A stretch of DNA of 64,000 nt from Antedon mediterranea. Its lineage: Eukaryota; Animalia; Echinodermata. The DNA lies in contig NC_092671.1 of NCBI RefSeq assembly GCF_964355755.1, positions 14,756,001 to 14,820,000 of the forward strand, in the 5' to 3' direction. The notes beneath the pieces are model-generated. The model was not told the origin of the DNA, made no database searches, and saw only the letters and a list, made by a program, of their open reading frames with translations. Of this stretch, positions 39,523 to 52,870 are shown piece by piece (the first letter of the stretch is position 1; each line of letters begins with the position of its first letter). The translations under genes and the position numbers were made by a program.

Positions 39523-42500
39523 TTACTACAGTATAAGTACAAAATGTTATTGTTACATTTGTAATTGATTAAAGTACAAATATTTGTATTATACTGTTAA
39601 GATGCAAATTCATTATGAGATATAAACTAAAGTAAGCAAAGTGGCACACAGCCAACATTACATCAGAACTATGGTAGGAGATACATACACATACATAGCA
39701 TTATATTGTTTTGATATTAACTTCAAAATTGTTCCAAACTTGGGCCAACCAACATTATACAATCCAATGGATATTAACCACTTGACCTGTTGTATGTTAG
39801 AATCTAAATTAAACTTTACTGATCTCTTCTTTGATGTAAATATTTACTGTCATCATGTGGTCACCAACTATTATCAGTTTAGTAAGTACAGTACTGTAGT
39901 TTCAGTAGTACTGTAATTCAAAACGAATTTTCAGAATTGGGAAATTCTAAAATCGCCACTTGAACAAAAAAGAGATACTTTCATGTATTTATGAAAAAAA
40001 ACACCCAAAAAATTGTACAATGTTTATAGAAGGAAGGAAGTTGTATATAGGCCTATCATAAAAAAATGGGGTTTTTTTATCTGTAATAAAATACATAAAT
40101 ATTTGATCTGGGTCATGGGCAAAAGTCACAGAGGTTCTACCTTAGGAAGAAGATATACGAGTATTAGCTTTGAGAAAGTGGAAATATAGACGATTGATGG
40201 ATTGACTTATTCAATTGACTGCGACTTATGATAATTTGTTAGCAAAGAAGGATAACATGGTAAGCCATGGAAACGGATTTAAGTACCCTGACCCAGTTGC
40301 CATTTTGTGATGAAGCACAGATGAGAAGAAAGCAGGAGAAAAAAGCCGCAGCATTCTCAACTTATTAGCTTTAAACACTCTGTTGAATTGGCCTTATTTT
40401 CTCCTAAATCATCAAATTAAATTGCAAATATTACTGTTTTACCCCAAGGATAGGCCTTTGAAGTGTTAAAAACCACCATTTTATGTCTTCAGAAGCTACT
40501 TGTTGTGGTTTTTATGGGTTAGTTTATAACTTTTTGTTTGACAACACTGAGAATGTTTTGATTGCCAAGAATTTGAATTAAGTTGATTTTTCTGAGAATT
40601 AAAATAAATTAATATCAATTTTAAATAAATTCTTTCAATATCAATTAAGAAATTAATTTGAATTAATTAAAAATACTAGTGTTTTAAGCATAGCCAGGAT
40701 TTAATGTTTTGCTTTCCACTAAAGTGGCAAAATCATCATTAAGCTAAGCTAGTGGGGCATATTTACAATCATTTCATTTTATCTAGTTCACAGGGCACAT
40801 CAGGAAAAAGTATAGTTTGTTTGAACCCTCAACCTTATGGTTACAGACTTGGTATATAGTTATAAAACTACAGTTAACTTTTTTATTGCTTTGTTAAATG
40901 ATGAAACAGGAACTTCTATATATTTTACAATGTTAATACCATACTGTTTAAATAATAGCATACATAAGCTATTTCTGCCAGTTATCACCTCATGCAGTAT
41001 GTATGGTATATTTCCAAGTGTGATAGTATCATAAAGATAATAAAGATTTATTGTATTTCATAAAACCTTCCTTCCTTAATTGCAGCAGTTAAGATAATTT
41101 AGATGAAATATGAATTCTTGAATGAAATTTAAGATACAGTCATCAGGATAAGGTTGATCAAATCAGTGTCCGGTTCTAATTCGTTTGTGATGTTAGGATT
41201 ATTAAAAGGAAAGTATGGATTAATTATCAAGAACTGTTTAGTGCTTAAGACAATGTAGGCAAATTTCAATGTTATAAGTTTATTACTGTATTATCCAATT
41301 TTTTCATTTATTGGGTCATTGATTTTCTTAAATTGTTTTCTTAGTGTTTAGCTCTATGTTTCGTATGATTTCACCTTTTTGTCCCTTTCCTCTATGTACA
41401 TTTTTATCCCCTTCATCTACCAGTTTGAGACTACTTTTAAACACTTCTTGTGTGAATCTTCCCAGCTATTTTGATTTGTTTTATTCCTTGACATCCATTT
41501 TTCTCCAAGTATTCTATATTTATATCCCATTTCTCTTATCTTTTGCTCTGCCCAGATCAGCCCACCCTATATTTAAAAAATTGTAATCCCAGAAGATAGG
41601 ACATTAAATTGAACTTATTTCAAAATCCTCGATCTGCCACTGTTGCCTGTGCTACCTGTTTTATACACTACTCCCTGTAAAATATCCTTTATCCACTTTC
41701 TCTGTGTACTGTATCCTATCCTATATTTACATCCCCTTCCCTGTGAAACCTGCTTGCCTATCTTTATACACCCTGTGTAAAGAAAAGTACAGGCCCAGCC
41801 ATCTTACAATGCTGTTTTTTTATGTGACAATTTCCTTATGTGGCATTTTGTTTATATTGTACATTAATAATTAATTTCATTTTTTTAATCCCTTTCCCCA
41901 ATGTTACATTTTATCCACCTCATCTTTTCCCTGTGGACACTTGTGATATACTTACTTGCTTCTCAACATACATACTTTCTTATGTTAAACAAGCCAATGT
42001 TGATCATAAGTGTACTTGAATTAAAAAAGGTGTAAGCTTACAATAGGCTAGTGCTATTTACAATTGATTTAGTGAAAGTAGACATAAGTTTAATAGAACT
42101 GATGGCATTCTTAGGTGTCATCCTTGGTGTCCAACTTGCCCTTAGGCTGAATGATATATTTCCTGTTCAGTGTTGTGTTTACTGATTTGCCTTTGAAGGG
42201 TCTACCTGTAGTGTTACCTTTTTAATTCTTCTTCAATCATTGGAATGTGGTTGCTAAGAGCTAACAGACATTTTATGCTGGAATGTTTACAGTAATGTGT
42301 ATTAAGAAAAGGATGTGTATGTTGTGAAATTGGTTATTCTGGTTTCGTTTTGATTTAGGATTTTGCTTTCCAACTTTCATCTATAGATAATCACCTTTTC
42401 GAAATATTTTCTTATCTTATATAACATCATCATGGTAACATCTTAGAATATAAATGTAGTACAGTATCTGGAGACAGAAATTACTATATTTATGTGGTAT

Positions 42501-42974
42501 TAACAATGTTTTCATTAGATATAGTTTTCATTAAAACAGAGTCTACTGTTTAACATTTAATGACAACTTAACTGACAAATATATTTTCTGTACCCAATGA
42601 CCTTTTGACATGTAACCTGGTTTCATATTGGATTGTCATTGATTGAGGACAATATGTACATTTTGTGTATACAAATTGATTGTCATTTATGTAGTGTTTG
42701 TATTCACTGCACCTGTCAATATAATTACCATATAAATCGGAGACCCTATTTAGCACAAAAACTTGTTTAAAATTACAACCAACAATGGTGTTGGTAGGCT
42801 TTTGGCACTGTGCTCACCCTCAAGACACATTTTTAAGGTCCCAAGGAACAATCTTTTTTATTAAGACAGTCCCATAGGCTGGTAGTAACTTGGGATACCC
42901 CTCTTTGTCTTGAAACATGTAGGCCTACATGGTAGGTATATTTGAATTGCAAAAAGTGCGACTTTTCTCCATGT

Positions 42975-43620
42975 AGATTCAAGATTCAAGAAATTTTATT
43001 TGTCCATAAAAATGGAAATTCACTTTGCTTGGTAGATTAAAACAACAATAAAAAACAAACAAAAAATGTTGCAACAATTTAAAACGTGCAGTATTATAAA
43101 AGATTAAAATACAAGATAAAAAGTTAAAAATAAAAAAAAACTGTTAAAAATGTAAAACTATTTAATAATTTGCATTATCGTCTTACATTAGAATTAAAAA
43201 TATGAATTCTATTTACAACGAAGGATTTTCTAGTTCTACAAAGATTTGCTCTTGGAGGTCGTAACCTAATACCTGATCTATTTATGTCATAACAGTAATG
43301 TAACGGATGAGTGGGGTCTTTCATAATATTGTTTACTTTTTTTTAAATACTCTTTTCATAGATAAATGAACAAGGCGTTAGATCAGTTTTAATAATACGT
43401 TGTGCAATTTTACATGGTCTCTCAATATTTTTCTTTCATTATCAGTATAGTTACCATAAAAACATCCAATGCTAAAAATACTTTGAATAATACTTTGATA
43501 GAATTAAAATAGTGTTATCAACTCTAATTTGCTTGAGTTTTCTGAGAAAGTAAAGCCTTTGAGATGCCTTCTTGGAAATCATGATTGAGTTTGACTCCCA
43601 TGTAATGAGATTATTGTTGT
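42975..43620 (-). mobile_element. 5'-truncated, decayed Rex1/Babar-clade LINE
   Basis: Minus strand gives TWESNSIMISKKASQRLYFLRKLK...CFYGN...KIAQRII...MKDPTHPLH...RSGIRLR...RTRKSFV with frameshifts and a stop, then an AT-rich 3' UTR and a (tcttgaa)n tail. Confidence 0.85.
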
Positions 43621-43889
43621 CAAATTTATACACTATTAATTAAAAAAGAGTAATAACAGGGTATGGTAAACTCTCAAATGGTGTTCTGACATAGGAGGAC
43701 CGGATGGTCCTGTGTCCTGCCTCTGGAAAACCATATCATTTAGAGGGATCCTGATGTGTATGTACTACTACTATACTGATTCCCCCACCCCACCATGCCG
43801 TAATAAGAAGAGCTTCTGTACCTTACAATACATAAAGAAAGATAGTTGTTTATGTAAGAGAATTACATTGCGTTAAATGTTATTACGCA

Positions 43890-44116
43890 CTCTTTTTGCC
43901 CGATTTCTGTTTTCTTGACTTACTTTTCAACTCGAAATTACGTTATACGAGCACGTCAAAAGTGACAGGCTACGCACGTGTAAATTAAAAAAAATATAAA
44001 TGTTTTTAAACATTTCAACATTTTTAAACATGTTCAGCAATTTCGGTCAGTTGGTAGGTTGGTCGGTCGGTAAACACTAATGAGCACGCGACTGCAGCCA
44101 TCTATATGGCCTTGTT
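43890..44116 (+). mobile_element. Helentron family A internal fragment joined to a family B 3' end
   Basis: 43890-44000 resembles 875-1000 (gaaat.acgt.atacgagcacgt); 44044-44116 is the reverse complement of 13611-13680. Confidence 0.65.
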
Positions 44117-46274
44117 GTTAAATGTTAAATCTAAAACTAAATAGATTTTTATTAAAAGAATAAAGCCAAGAGATATTTTCAATCTACCGTACAAGTAGAA
44201 ATTCCACAATTCCCAAAGATATATGCAATAAACAGTACATAAGACCACCATAGTGTGGGAAAACTCAATTAGAGAAGTTTAGAAGTGACTAGATTCTCTG
44301 GTAATTGAGTTCCGAATATGTTTCTAAATTCACCAGGAGACAACTTGAGGCCATCCTAGGGGAAATAGCTCAACTCTTGCTGTTCTAACTGTTACTGTTG
44401 CCTGTGTACATATAGTGTTACAACCAGTAGTTATTTACATGTATCGGATACATAGAACATCACCATATCCATGCTTACAAATATGCACCGACCTTAGAGT
44501 GTTAACTGATACATGAACAGTTGGTATGCCTTGAGTGTATTAGGAAAAATCAAGTCTGAAAATTAATTATATATACAGTATGTTGTTATGGTGGTTAATT
44601 ATCATTAATTAAGTTAATAAGTAATTATAAACAAAAAATATGTTCATGTTTATAGATATTGCATTTTTTTTTATTCAGGTTCAAATTAGTGGGCAATTCT
44701 CAGACTTCTCAGAGAACTTGGAAGACTGCTTGGGAAAATACATTGAATGTAGACTATAACATCAAATAAGATACTTTATTTTATTTATCGCATACAGACT
44801 CATACATCATGTCAACTATGATTTACATGTTCCCTATTAAATGTAAGAATCCCAGGGAGTGTATTTTGTTGTTTGTGTGTGGGTTGATTTGTCTCTTTTA
44901 ATGTATTTGGCAACTGTGATTGTATTCAAGTATCATCCATTATTTCCATTCATTTATTTCACATCCTAAATTGTGCACACTTAAGTCTAGATTGTTTCCC
45001 TACAGACATACTTTTGCCGGTATCACCGGTAAAATCCCGGATCATTCATGCATTTTCCACCGTTGTTCATTTTAAAATGTACAGTGTTGAGCTACATATT
45101 ATCAGTATATTCTATAACTGTGTTCCTTGGAGATTTTCTGTTAAATATAATGACATTTGCATTGATTTTTTTTTTTTTTTTTACTGGTCTATTGATTGAG
45201 AACATTTCGTAACATCTCTCATCTAAATGACACTACTCATTGGGTTTTTTTGTCTCAAATCTAAGTTAGTGTTAGTTAGTTAAGTGGAGGTATGAACAGA
45301 AGGCTTGTGATCGGGTTTGAGTCTCACCAGAGAATTATGGTACTTGCAGAGTTGTTTGAACGTATGTGAAAATATGAAAACATCTTACCTTCTCACATTT
45401 ACATCCTGTCCCAACAAAGAGAAAACATATTTTTTCAGATTGTTACTAAGCCATTGGCAAGCCCTATACTAGCTCTGTTGTATAAATATATATAGTATAT
45501 GCTAATTTGTAACTTTTTATAAAATTGTGTTCTTGTCACAGAACATTGATACTACTGTACTTAAATATAACTTTAGTGCGAGATTCTGTATTGTAGGTTT
45601 GCTTCAATTACATCTATTCAACAGTGATTTGCTGATAATACTAACTCGTACCAATATATGGAGGCCTAGATACGATAGGTAGTAAAATGTGGAATTATCC
45701 ATTCATCCATTTTCACTAATATTAACTAAGCTTATTCAAATGTGTATTACATTGTGATTAGTTGTGATATAATTGGTGATAACTGTGATTGCGAGTATCA
45801 AGAATATCTCATAATCATGGCTGTCTGACCCTTTCACATTTTTCAACCAATCTGTACGTTGCGTTGATATTTGTGGCAATTCGATTCCTTGCTAATATTA
45901 TATAGTTTAATAATATTGTAGTACTTTCACAATACTGCGTGTTGTGATCGAGTGTAATTCACGTCTAAATGCAAGCACTCTCGCACGCTGTATTCAATAG
46001 AATATCTAGAATAGAAACTGTGTCCATCAACTATTTATGTGAATTTTTATAGAGTAACAATTATTAAGCTATATATTTCAGTACTTACAGTAACAATATA
46101 ATTCTTTACACACCACAAAACTTGTGTCTCACAATTGTACAATTTTATGTCTAATTACTGTATTAAATAGTTGACTCAGAGTACTGTTGACTGTACAACT
46201 CTATTCTTCTTGTGTATGCTATTGTGATCACTAGTACAAAGTGCCAAAAATGATATGGTTTCAAATAATTGACA

Positions 46275-46290
46275 TAGCGCCCTCTGTTGG
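46275..46290 (-). promoter_or_regulatory. Candidate CTCF-binding site
   Basis: Reverse complement CCAACAGAGGGCGCTA closely matches the CTCF core consensus; motif only, no binding evidence. Confidence 0.4.
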
Positions 46291-49200
46291 ACAGGTGTGC
46301 CAGGTGGATTGTGGTCTTAGCTTTGAAACACCTGTTGGAGTGCAGTGACCTTTACTTAGTTTCACATTACAGAGCAATAGGGCAGATGGGATGATGAATG
46401 TTATGCTAGGGTATTTGGTAAATAAAAGAATGTAATTAATTATTGATAATAACTAAAATAAAATATACCTAATTTATTTGTTAACTTATTGTAGATAATG
46501 TTACACATCTGACATCCATATAACAATAATATTTTTGTTACAGTTTTTTATTGATTTAAATTTTGACTGGCAACTTCTCTTTCTCAGAGCTCCTTTTTCC
46601 CATTGAGTAAAGAATTTTATTATTCTTTACTCGAAGCTTTTCCCCATTCGGCAATAGATAAATAAATTGCCAATTATATATAAATCTAAATCAAACCATA
46701 AATGATGATGATGCGGATCTACCTCTAAACAACAAATAAACAGAATATTAAATTCTGTAATTATAATTTTTTCTAAAACAACTTTATAATAAACTTTTTC
46801 TTTTAATGTAAACTTCAGCCACATTTTAATCATTATCTTACTGTTAATTAGCCAGATATTACTTTGCCTTTATGGTTCAACAACCTAATTGTTATCTGTG
46901 TAATTTTAAGAGAGTCAACTTCCTCAGTACTGTATAACAGTCTCCTTAAGCATATGCAGGCCTTGAAGTCAATCTAGAGACTAGCTAATTTTTTAATGTT
47001 AAGATTACAAGATACAATTTGAAAGATACTGATACTAATTTCTTTCATAGAGACATAATAGGAAAAAACCAGTAAATTCACTTCCACATTAAATGACAAT
47101 GGACATTTCCCAGATTCTCCATTACTTCGCTGCTAATTAACATACGTTTGAGTGTACCACTAAATGTATTATGGTTTTATTCCTGGCTAAGTTGAGATGG
47201 GAAATGGTTTGATCTTGTGGTGGTCTGGAACTTTTGGTTATGGTAGATCTTACGATTACATGGTGTCCCTTATGTACCATAAATTTAGTTCAGTACAGAA
47301 GTCAGTGACACAAAGTCAGTTGTACATTTGGTAGAGATTGATATTTTCCTGGCAGCAATTACTTATTGCCATTTTTTTAAAAAGTTTACGGACACTGCAA
47401 AATTTCTATAGGGTTGTTTGTTTTGCAAAAATATACTGTAATAACTAAATCTTTGACTTCCAACATTAATAATATTAGGCCTATAATATGTGGAGAAATG
47501 TGATTGGTTCAGAAATCTAAGGCTTCAAAGGAACAAAATGTCTATAGCTTTATGTTTCCTTCTTCAATATTGTTTCAATAATATTTGAGAGCAATAAGTA
47601 GTTTTCATACACAAACTGTTACTTAGGATAAGGGTATACAGGTACAAAACAGAAACATTGTGTGTAGATCCTTAGTCTATTACATGGTTGGGTGACACAG
47701 TGATCCACTTTTCCTCAGTAATACAAAATAATAAATTGTAATATTTAATTTAATCAAATACTATGATACTAAATGATTAATATAAAATCTAAAGTATGAT
47801 TTATTTATCTAAAGAAACTTTGATGCAGCTATTTAAACGTTTTTGTTGTTGTATTAAAGTACAACAAAATATGTAATACCTAGTACCTCTCTGTAATAAA
47901 AGTCTTGAGTACTACCATATGAAAGCAATGTGAGAAAATAGTTCTTGGTATTTTTAGGAACGTCTCGCTAAGCTTTAGCCTAGGGCCAAGCATTTAATTT
48001 TCACAGCATTTACCAAGGTGGGGTTCATATCTTGATGCAAGATCCAACCATTTATAATACAATTTTCATTCTACAAATCTAATGATTGTAAACTATTTGC
48101 TATTAAAAGTTAAACCCATGTCATTGTTGTGGAAATAAGCTATTATTTTGTCATATAGCAGAGCCTTCATTAAGGGGGCACCTTCAGTCCCCTGAATGGA
48201 AGTTGGTAATAGTATTAAAACATATTTCCCATGTTTATTTCACAGGAAAGTGTCCCCTTAATATGGTTGTCCCAAATGAGGGCTTCCCTAATGATGAGAC
48301 CTACTGTATTTATGCCTACCATATTGAGGGGAACGTCTTTTTTGACAACCCAAAAATAATTTGAATTTTAAGGTGCTTTGAAAGAGAACTACAGTATTCT
48401 GAAGCCTTTTCTTTGGTCACTTCCATTTTTAGTATTTTGTAGAGTATAGTACATTGTCATCAGATATTAACGATACTAATATTAAGATTTTGTTCACAAA
48501 GACGATCAGTAGATAAAAGCATTGTATGTATAGTATTCGCATTCAAGCACAATCTATTTTAGACTTATTTAAAACTTTACAAGAAAATGAAACTACTGTC
48601 AGAAATATGTCCCCTCTATTCAGTATCTATTGATTTAGCACAAAAGTAATATTGATTATTAGCTGGGTCCTGGAAGTACTGGTATGCTGACCCCAGTCCT
48701 CTTGGTTACAAACACAAATAGAGTGAGTAGGCAGGAAGTTTTCAATTTGTAAATAAATGAGCTTTTTATAAGGAGCCTCGTTACCCATTTGGAATCTACC
48801 ATTTTAATGCAGGGTAATGACTTATTAGTCGCATATAACAACCCCACCCACCATCCTTTCTTATACAGTACCAGTTTTCAACTAATAATATTTGTTCTTT
48901 TTATATTACTATATAGTTACTGTACTCTACTTTTATAATATACAATTGTTAGGTTTTTCTTTTCACAAAGTCTTAAAATATCATCATCCTGAAAAAAGGA
49001 GCAATATGATTTGGTAATATCAATGCTTTAAACCATTTTGCTTTGTTAACTGTACGCCCATTATTCTATTTTAATATTTCCATGTTAAAATATTAAATCC
49101 CAATTGTATAGTTGTGAACCCCATGTACTCAATCTATAAAACTTTATACAAAAATGTATGTTGGAATGATTTCCACCTTCTCTACCAACAAAGGCAGTCT

Positions 49201-52200
49201 GAAGTGAAGGTTAATTATATAAGGATATTGATTGTGAAAATATACCACCCTGGCATCATTTATGAAAAAAAGGAAGCATTTGAATTTGTTATTAAAAATA
49301 TTCCTTTGTTAATTTTCATTGTTAACTAATACGCAATTTACATGTACAACAGAATGTAACAAATTGTTACTTTATCTCCGATAATCTTACCGAATCTCTA
49401 ACATGCTAGTTTGTTGAGATGCTGAAGCCTTGTTCCGAGATTTTACATCCATGTAACACAGAAATTATTTCACTTGTTCATGCCAATTGAACATAAATAA
49501 AATCATTATTTTTTGTTATTCTGGTTAATCGCCCCTTTTTGGTAATGTAAACCCCTTCATTCTACCCCAGAAACGGTGACTATTAATATTAATAGTCCTT
49601 ATGCAAGAATCTAATCTGTTTATGTTAACCATCATGTTTATAGATGCAATAGAACATGTGATAGGTATCCTGTTTATATACTTGATGGTACAATATCATA
49701 TGTATGTCTACAAATTCAGACACCATGAGAGTCATGTCTTCACCCATAAAGTTCAATATTTCAACTGCTCACCTTTAACCCTAGTCTATGGAAATGCCGA
49801 ACAATGTTTGGAATGCAAATTGGTTTTCTATATATCTTCCATATGCTTTGGTATAACATAAAGTTTTACATACGACCTAAAACTCACTTTTTTACCCCGC
49901 TTTTTCCCTCTTCATTGTTGACAAGTTCAAAGTTTTCATCAACAAATTTAACAAGGGCTGTTATTATTTAAGGATGATACATGGCTATGTGTTTCACAGG
50001 TGTTTAGTAAGGTACAGGTGTTTTACACAGGTGGTTGAACAGATTGAGAAAAAATTCCTCCCAGTACCCAATGATATAAGAGAAGGTTCAAGACAACAAC
50101 TTATGATGTAATCTCTGCACTTCAACTATGCAAGTTACACAAATCTTCTGTGGCTACCGCCAGACTACCGGTTCCCTGCATTTACAGTATTCACCTGTAT
50201 TCAACTCAAAAGGGAGACTGAAGTTGTAGACAAATTGTCCTTTGTCAGAGTAATTTATTATGTCTCAACAATATAATAGTTTGCCATATTTTTATTTATA
50301 ATTTAAGAGGAGCTTCTTGGTTCATCCAAAGTCTTACGAAATCTTTCAAGTACGTGCTCATGTGACGTGCTTTAGTACCTGGTCTTAGGTAACTTGATTA
50401 CATAAATTTTTATGGTCATTACGTTTTACACTGCAAGTGAAATTGTAGAATGAATTCAATATTTAATGACATTTGGATGATACTACCATCACATCTGCTT
50501 TTTGACTTCCTCGTCAGGTGATGAATTGGCCTTAAAAATGCACTGTCACTGTTTTAAATGCAAAAGAAAATAATGGTTTACAAAAATGATATTAATTTTG
50601 GTCTAATCTTTTGGCAATTGAGGAATTGCCAATATACAGTACTTACTGTAGGCACCAACCATTTAATTATCATCATCAGTTCATGCCTCTCGTACCATTT
50701 TCCTCTTTCATCATGGGCAGGATGGTTTTGTATTTTGTTTATTTGTTTGTTTATAATTTTCAATTTCCTTTTAACTGTCATGATCCATGTGATTTTTGTC
50801 TTGCTCTGGTCTTCTTATTCATACTATTCTGTTATAATTATACTTATGCAAAACCATACTGTACATAATAAATTAGTTTTCACTTTGTGTACAATTTACA
50901 GTATTGGTGGTGGATATAGACTGGGCTGGAACTCATTTGTCATTCAGCTACCTCCAAGGTGTAATGTAGTGTGATCTGATTATTTAGTGGAGTTTTTCAC
51001 TAGTCGCCAACATAAACAATCTAAAACTTTGATTTCCTGTCTCAGACTTGTTAACATTATGAATGTCAACGTTGGATTTGGTTTCTCCTTTGATAGCAGC
51101 CTCAGGACAAGTTCACAGCATACTTTAAACTGTTAGTTAAATGAATACTTGTTAATTACTGGCTGAACAATTTAAATTATGCAAATTGTCCTGCTTCCCA
51201 CAGGAAAATCGTACTTTTTTTGGTTAGGATATCAACATTTGGCCCTTGTGGGTAATGATCAGTGAAAATGGGGGTCCAGTTACTGTTTGTGCCAAACTGA
51301 GTTTGATAAAATAAGGATCAGAACAACCTCAATGTTCTGCTTTGCAATCAGCTGATTTAGAACAGTTCATTAGTTTGTTAATTAATATACTTGCTTCCCT
51401 ATGCCATTGCCAGGGTGATGAAGTCAGGTACTTCGTACCAGTATTCCACAACCTATTGTAAAAGATAATAATAATAAGATTATGTTACTGCTTAAGATAT
51501 CAGCCATTAGGAATTAAAAGTACTGTAAATGTCTTAAATATATAACCACAATTGTACTATATAAATATCTTTTTTTTCTATACATCTTAACAATGAAAGA
51601 GATGTATTTTGTTGAAACCATAAATCTTATTTATAATTACTACAGAATTATGAGTTGTGGTTTTCCTAGTTTTGTTCATGGAAAAAGGAATTTAAAAAAA
51701 AAAGAAGCACCAGTTTATGTTTTTTGTCTTTGTTTATCTAAAGCACAAGTAAGGGCTCGACAATAGATACTTCAAGTGTGATGATAGTCATTTGACTTAA
51801 TCATAAGGATGGATAGATATCCATATCCTATGGAATTTGACCTAAAAATACATAATGCTTGAATAATCATAGGGCAGACTGTTATGGGGTTTGATCATAA
51901 GTGGGAGGAATTATGTGAAATCAGGTACATCCACTGTATGATACCATTTTTTCAGTATTGCACAGTATAAAAGCTTTAAAAACATGTTATTTGTGGTTTT
52001 TCAGTTGCTCTTAGTCTTAGTCTTAGTTCTGATCTAGAAAACCGTCAAATGCATTTTCATCCCACGTTTTTGCACACTGCCTTTTTACCTATTACCTCAA
52101 TGTCCTTTTTGGATATTGCAAATGCAATATAAAAGTATGGAGGAGCATCTTCATCAGGAAACTCTAATATTGTTCAACATCTGTATTGCAACCAACAGCA

Positions 52201-52699
52201 TTTTGCAATTCATGGCTTCTTTCACAAGCAACTCACAGTTTGCTCTGGATAAGAAAACAATCTATAAAGGTAGTTTAGTTACGCAACATCACAAAATGTT
52301 CAAATATGTTTAATCCTCCCATTTATGTAAAGATAGAGCAGCTAAAATATAATTCTAAATATACGTCCCTATTGGCTCAATATATTTACATTCAATATTT
52401 CTTTGTTTGAATAATAATTGACCTTTTACATTTCATGGTCTTTCCTAATTCTTTAAAGATCTTTATTAAATAAGTGTTTCTTTTTCACCTACCTTTGTTA
52501 GAATGTTGGTTGTTAATGTAAAAAAAAACATGATTTTCTAAATCAATAAAATGTTTTGCGATGTGTTCCAAAATGGAATAAAAATGATGTAATGTATCTG
52601 AAGTTGAATGGTCGGGGGGAAAGGTTAAATGCCATGTAAACTTCAGCGATTAATAAAAATTGCTTAACGAGTTCAAAAGATGTTCATATTTTCTGATAG

Positions 52700-52870
52700 C
52701 ATAGAATCTGCACGAATTCGCGACGAGAACATGTCATGTGAGGGAACGTGCAGGTCATCAAAGATTGACCTTTAGTAAAGTGAATGCCTCTTTGATTGGT
52801 TCTTTATCCCCGATTTATCGCAGGATTATATAAGTTGAGATCATCGCATGCCAGAACATTATTTGGCCAT
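52700..52870 (+). promoter_or_regulatory. Candidate Pol II promoter or enhancer
   Basis: Local CpG cluster with AGGTCA-n8-TGACCT, two TCF/LEF cores, an inverted CCAAT (52795) and TATATAAG (52827). Confidence 0.35.

Noticed and set aside
44679-44770. Possible isolated coding exon after a strong acceptor
   Set aside because: No recognisable homology in either open frame and no partner exons found.
50558-50974. 138-aa hydrophobic ORF
   Set aside because: Composition reflects T-rich non-coding DNA; overlapping ORFs in other frames and no family motif.
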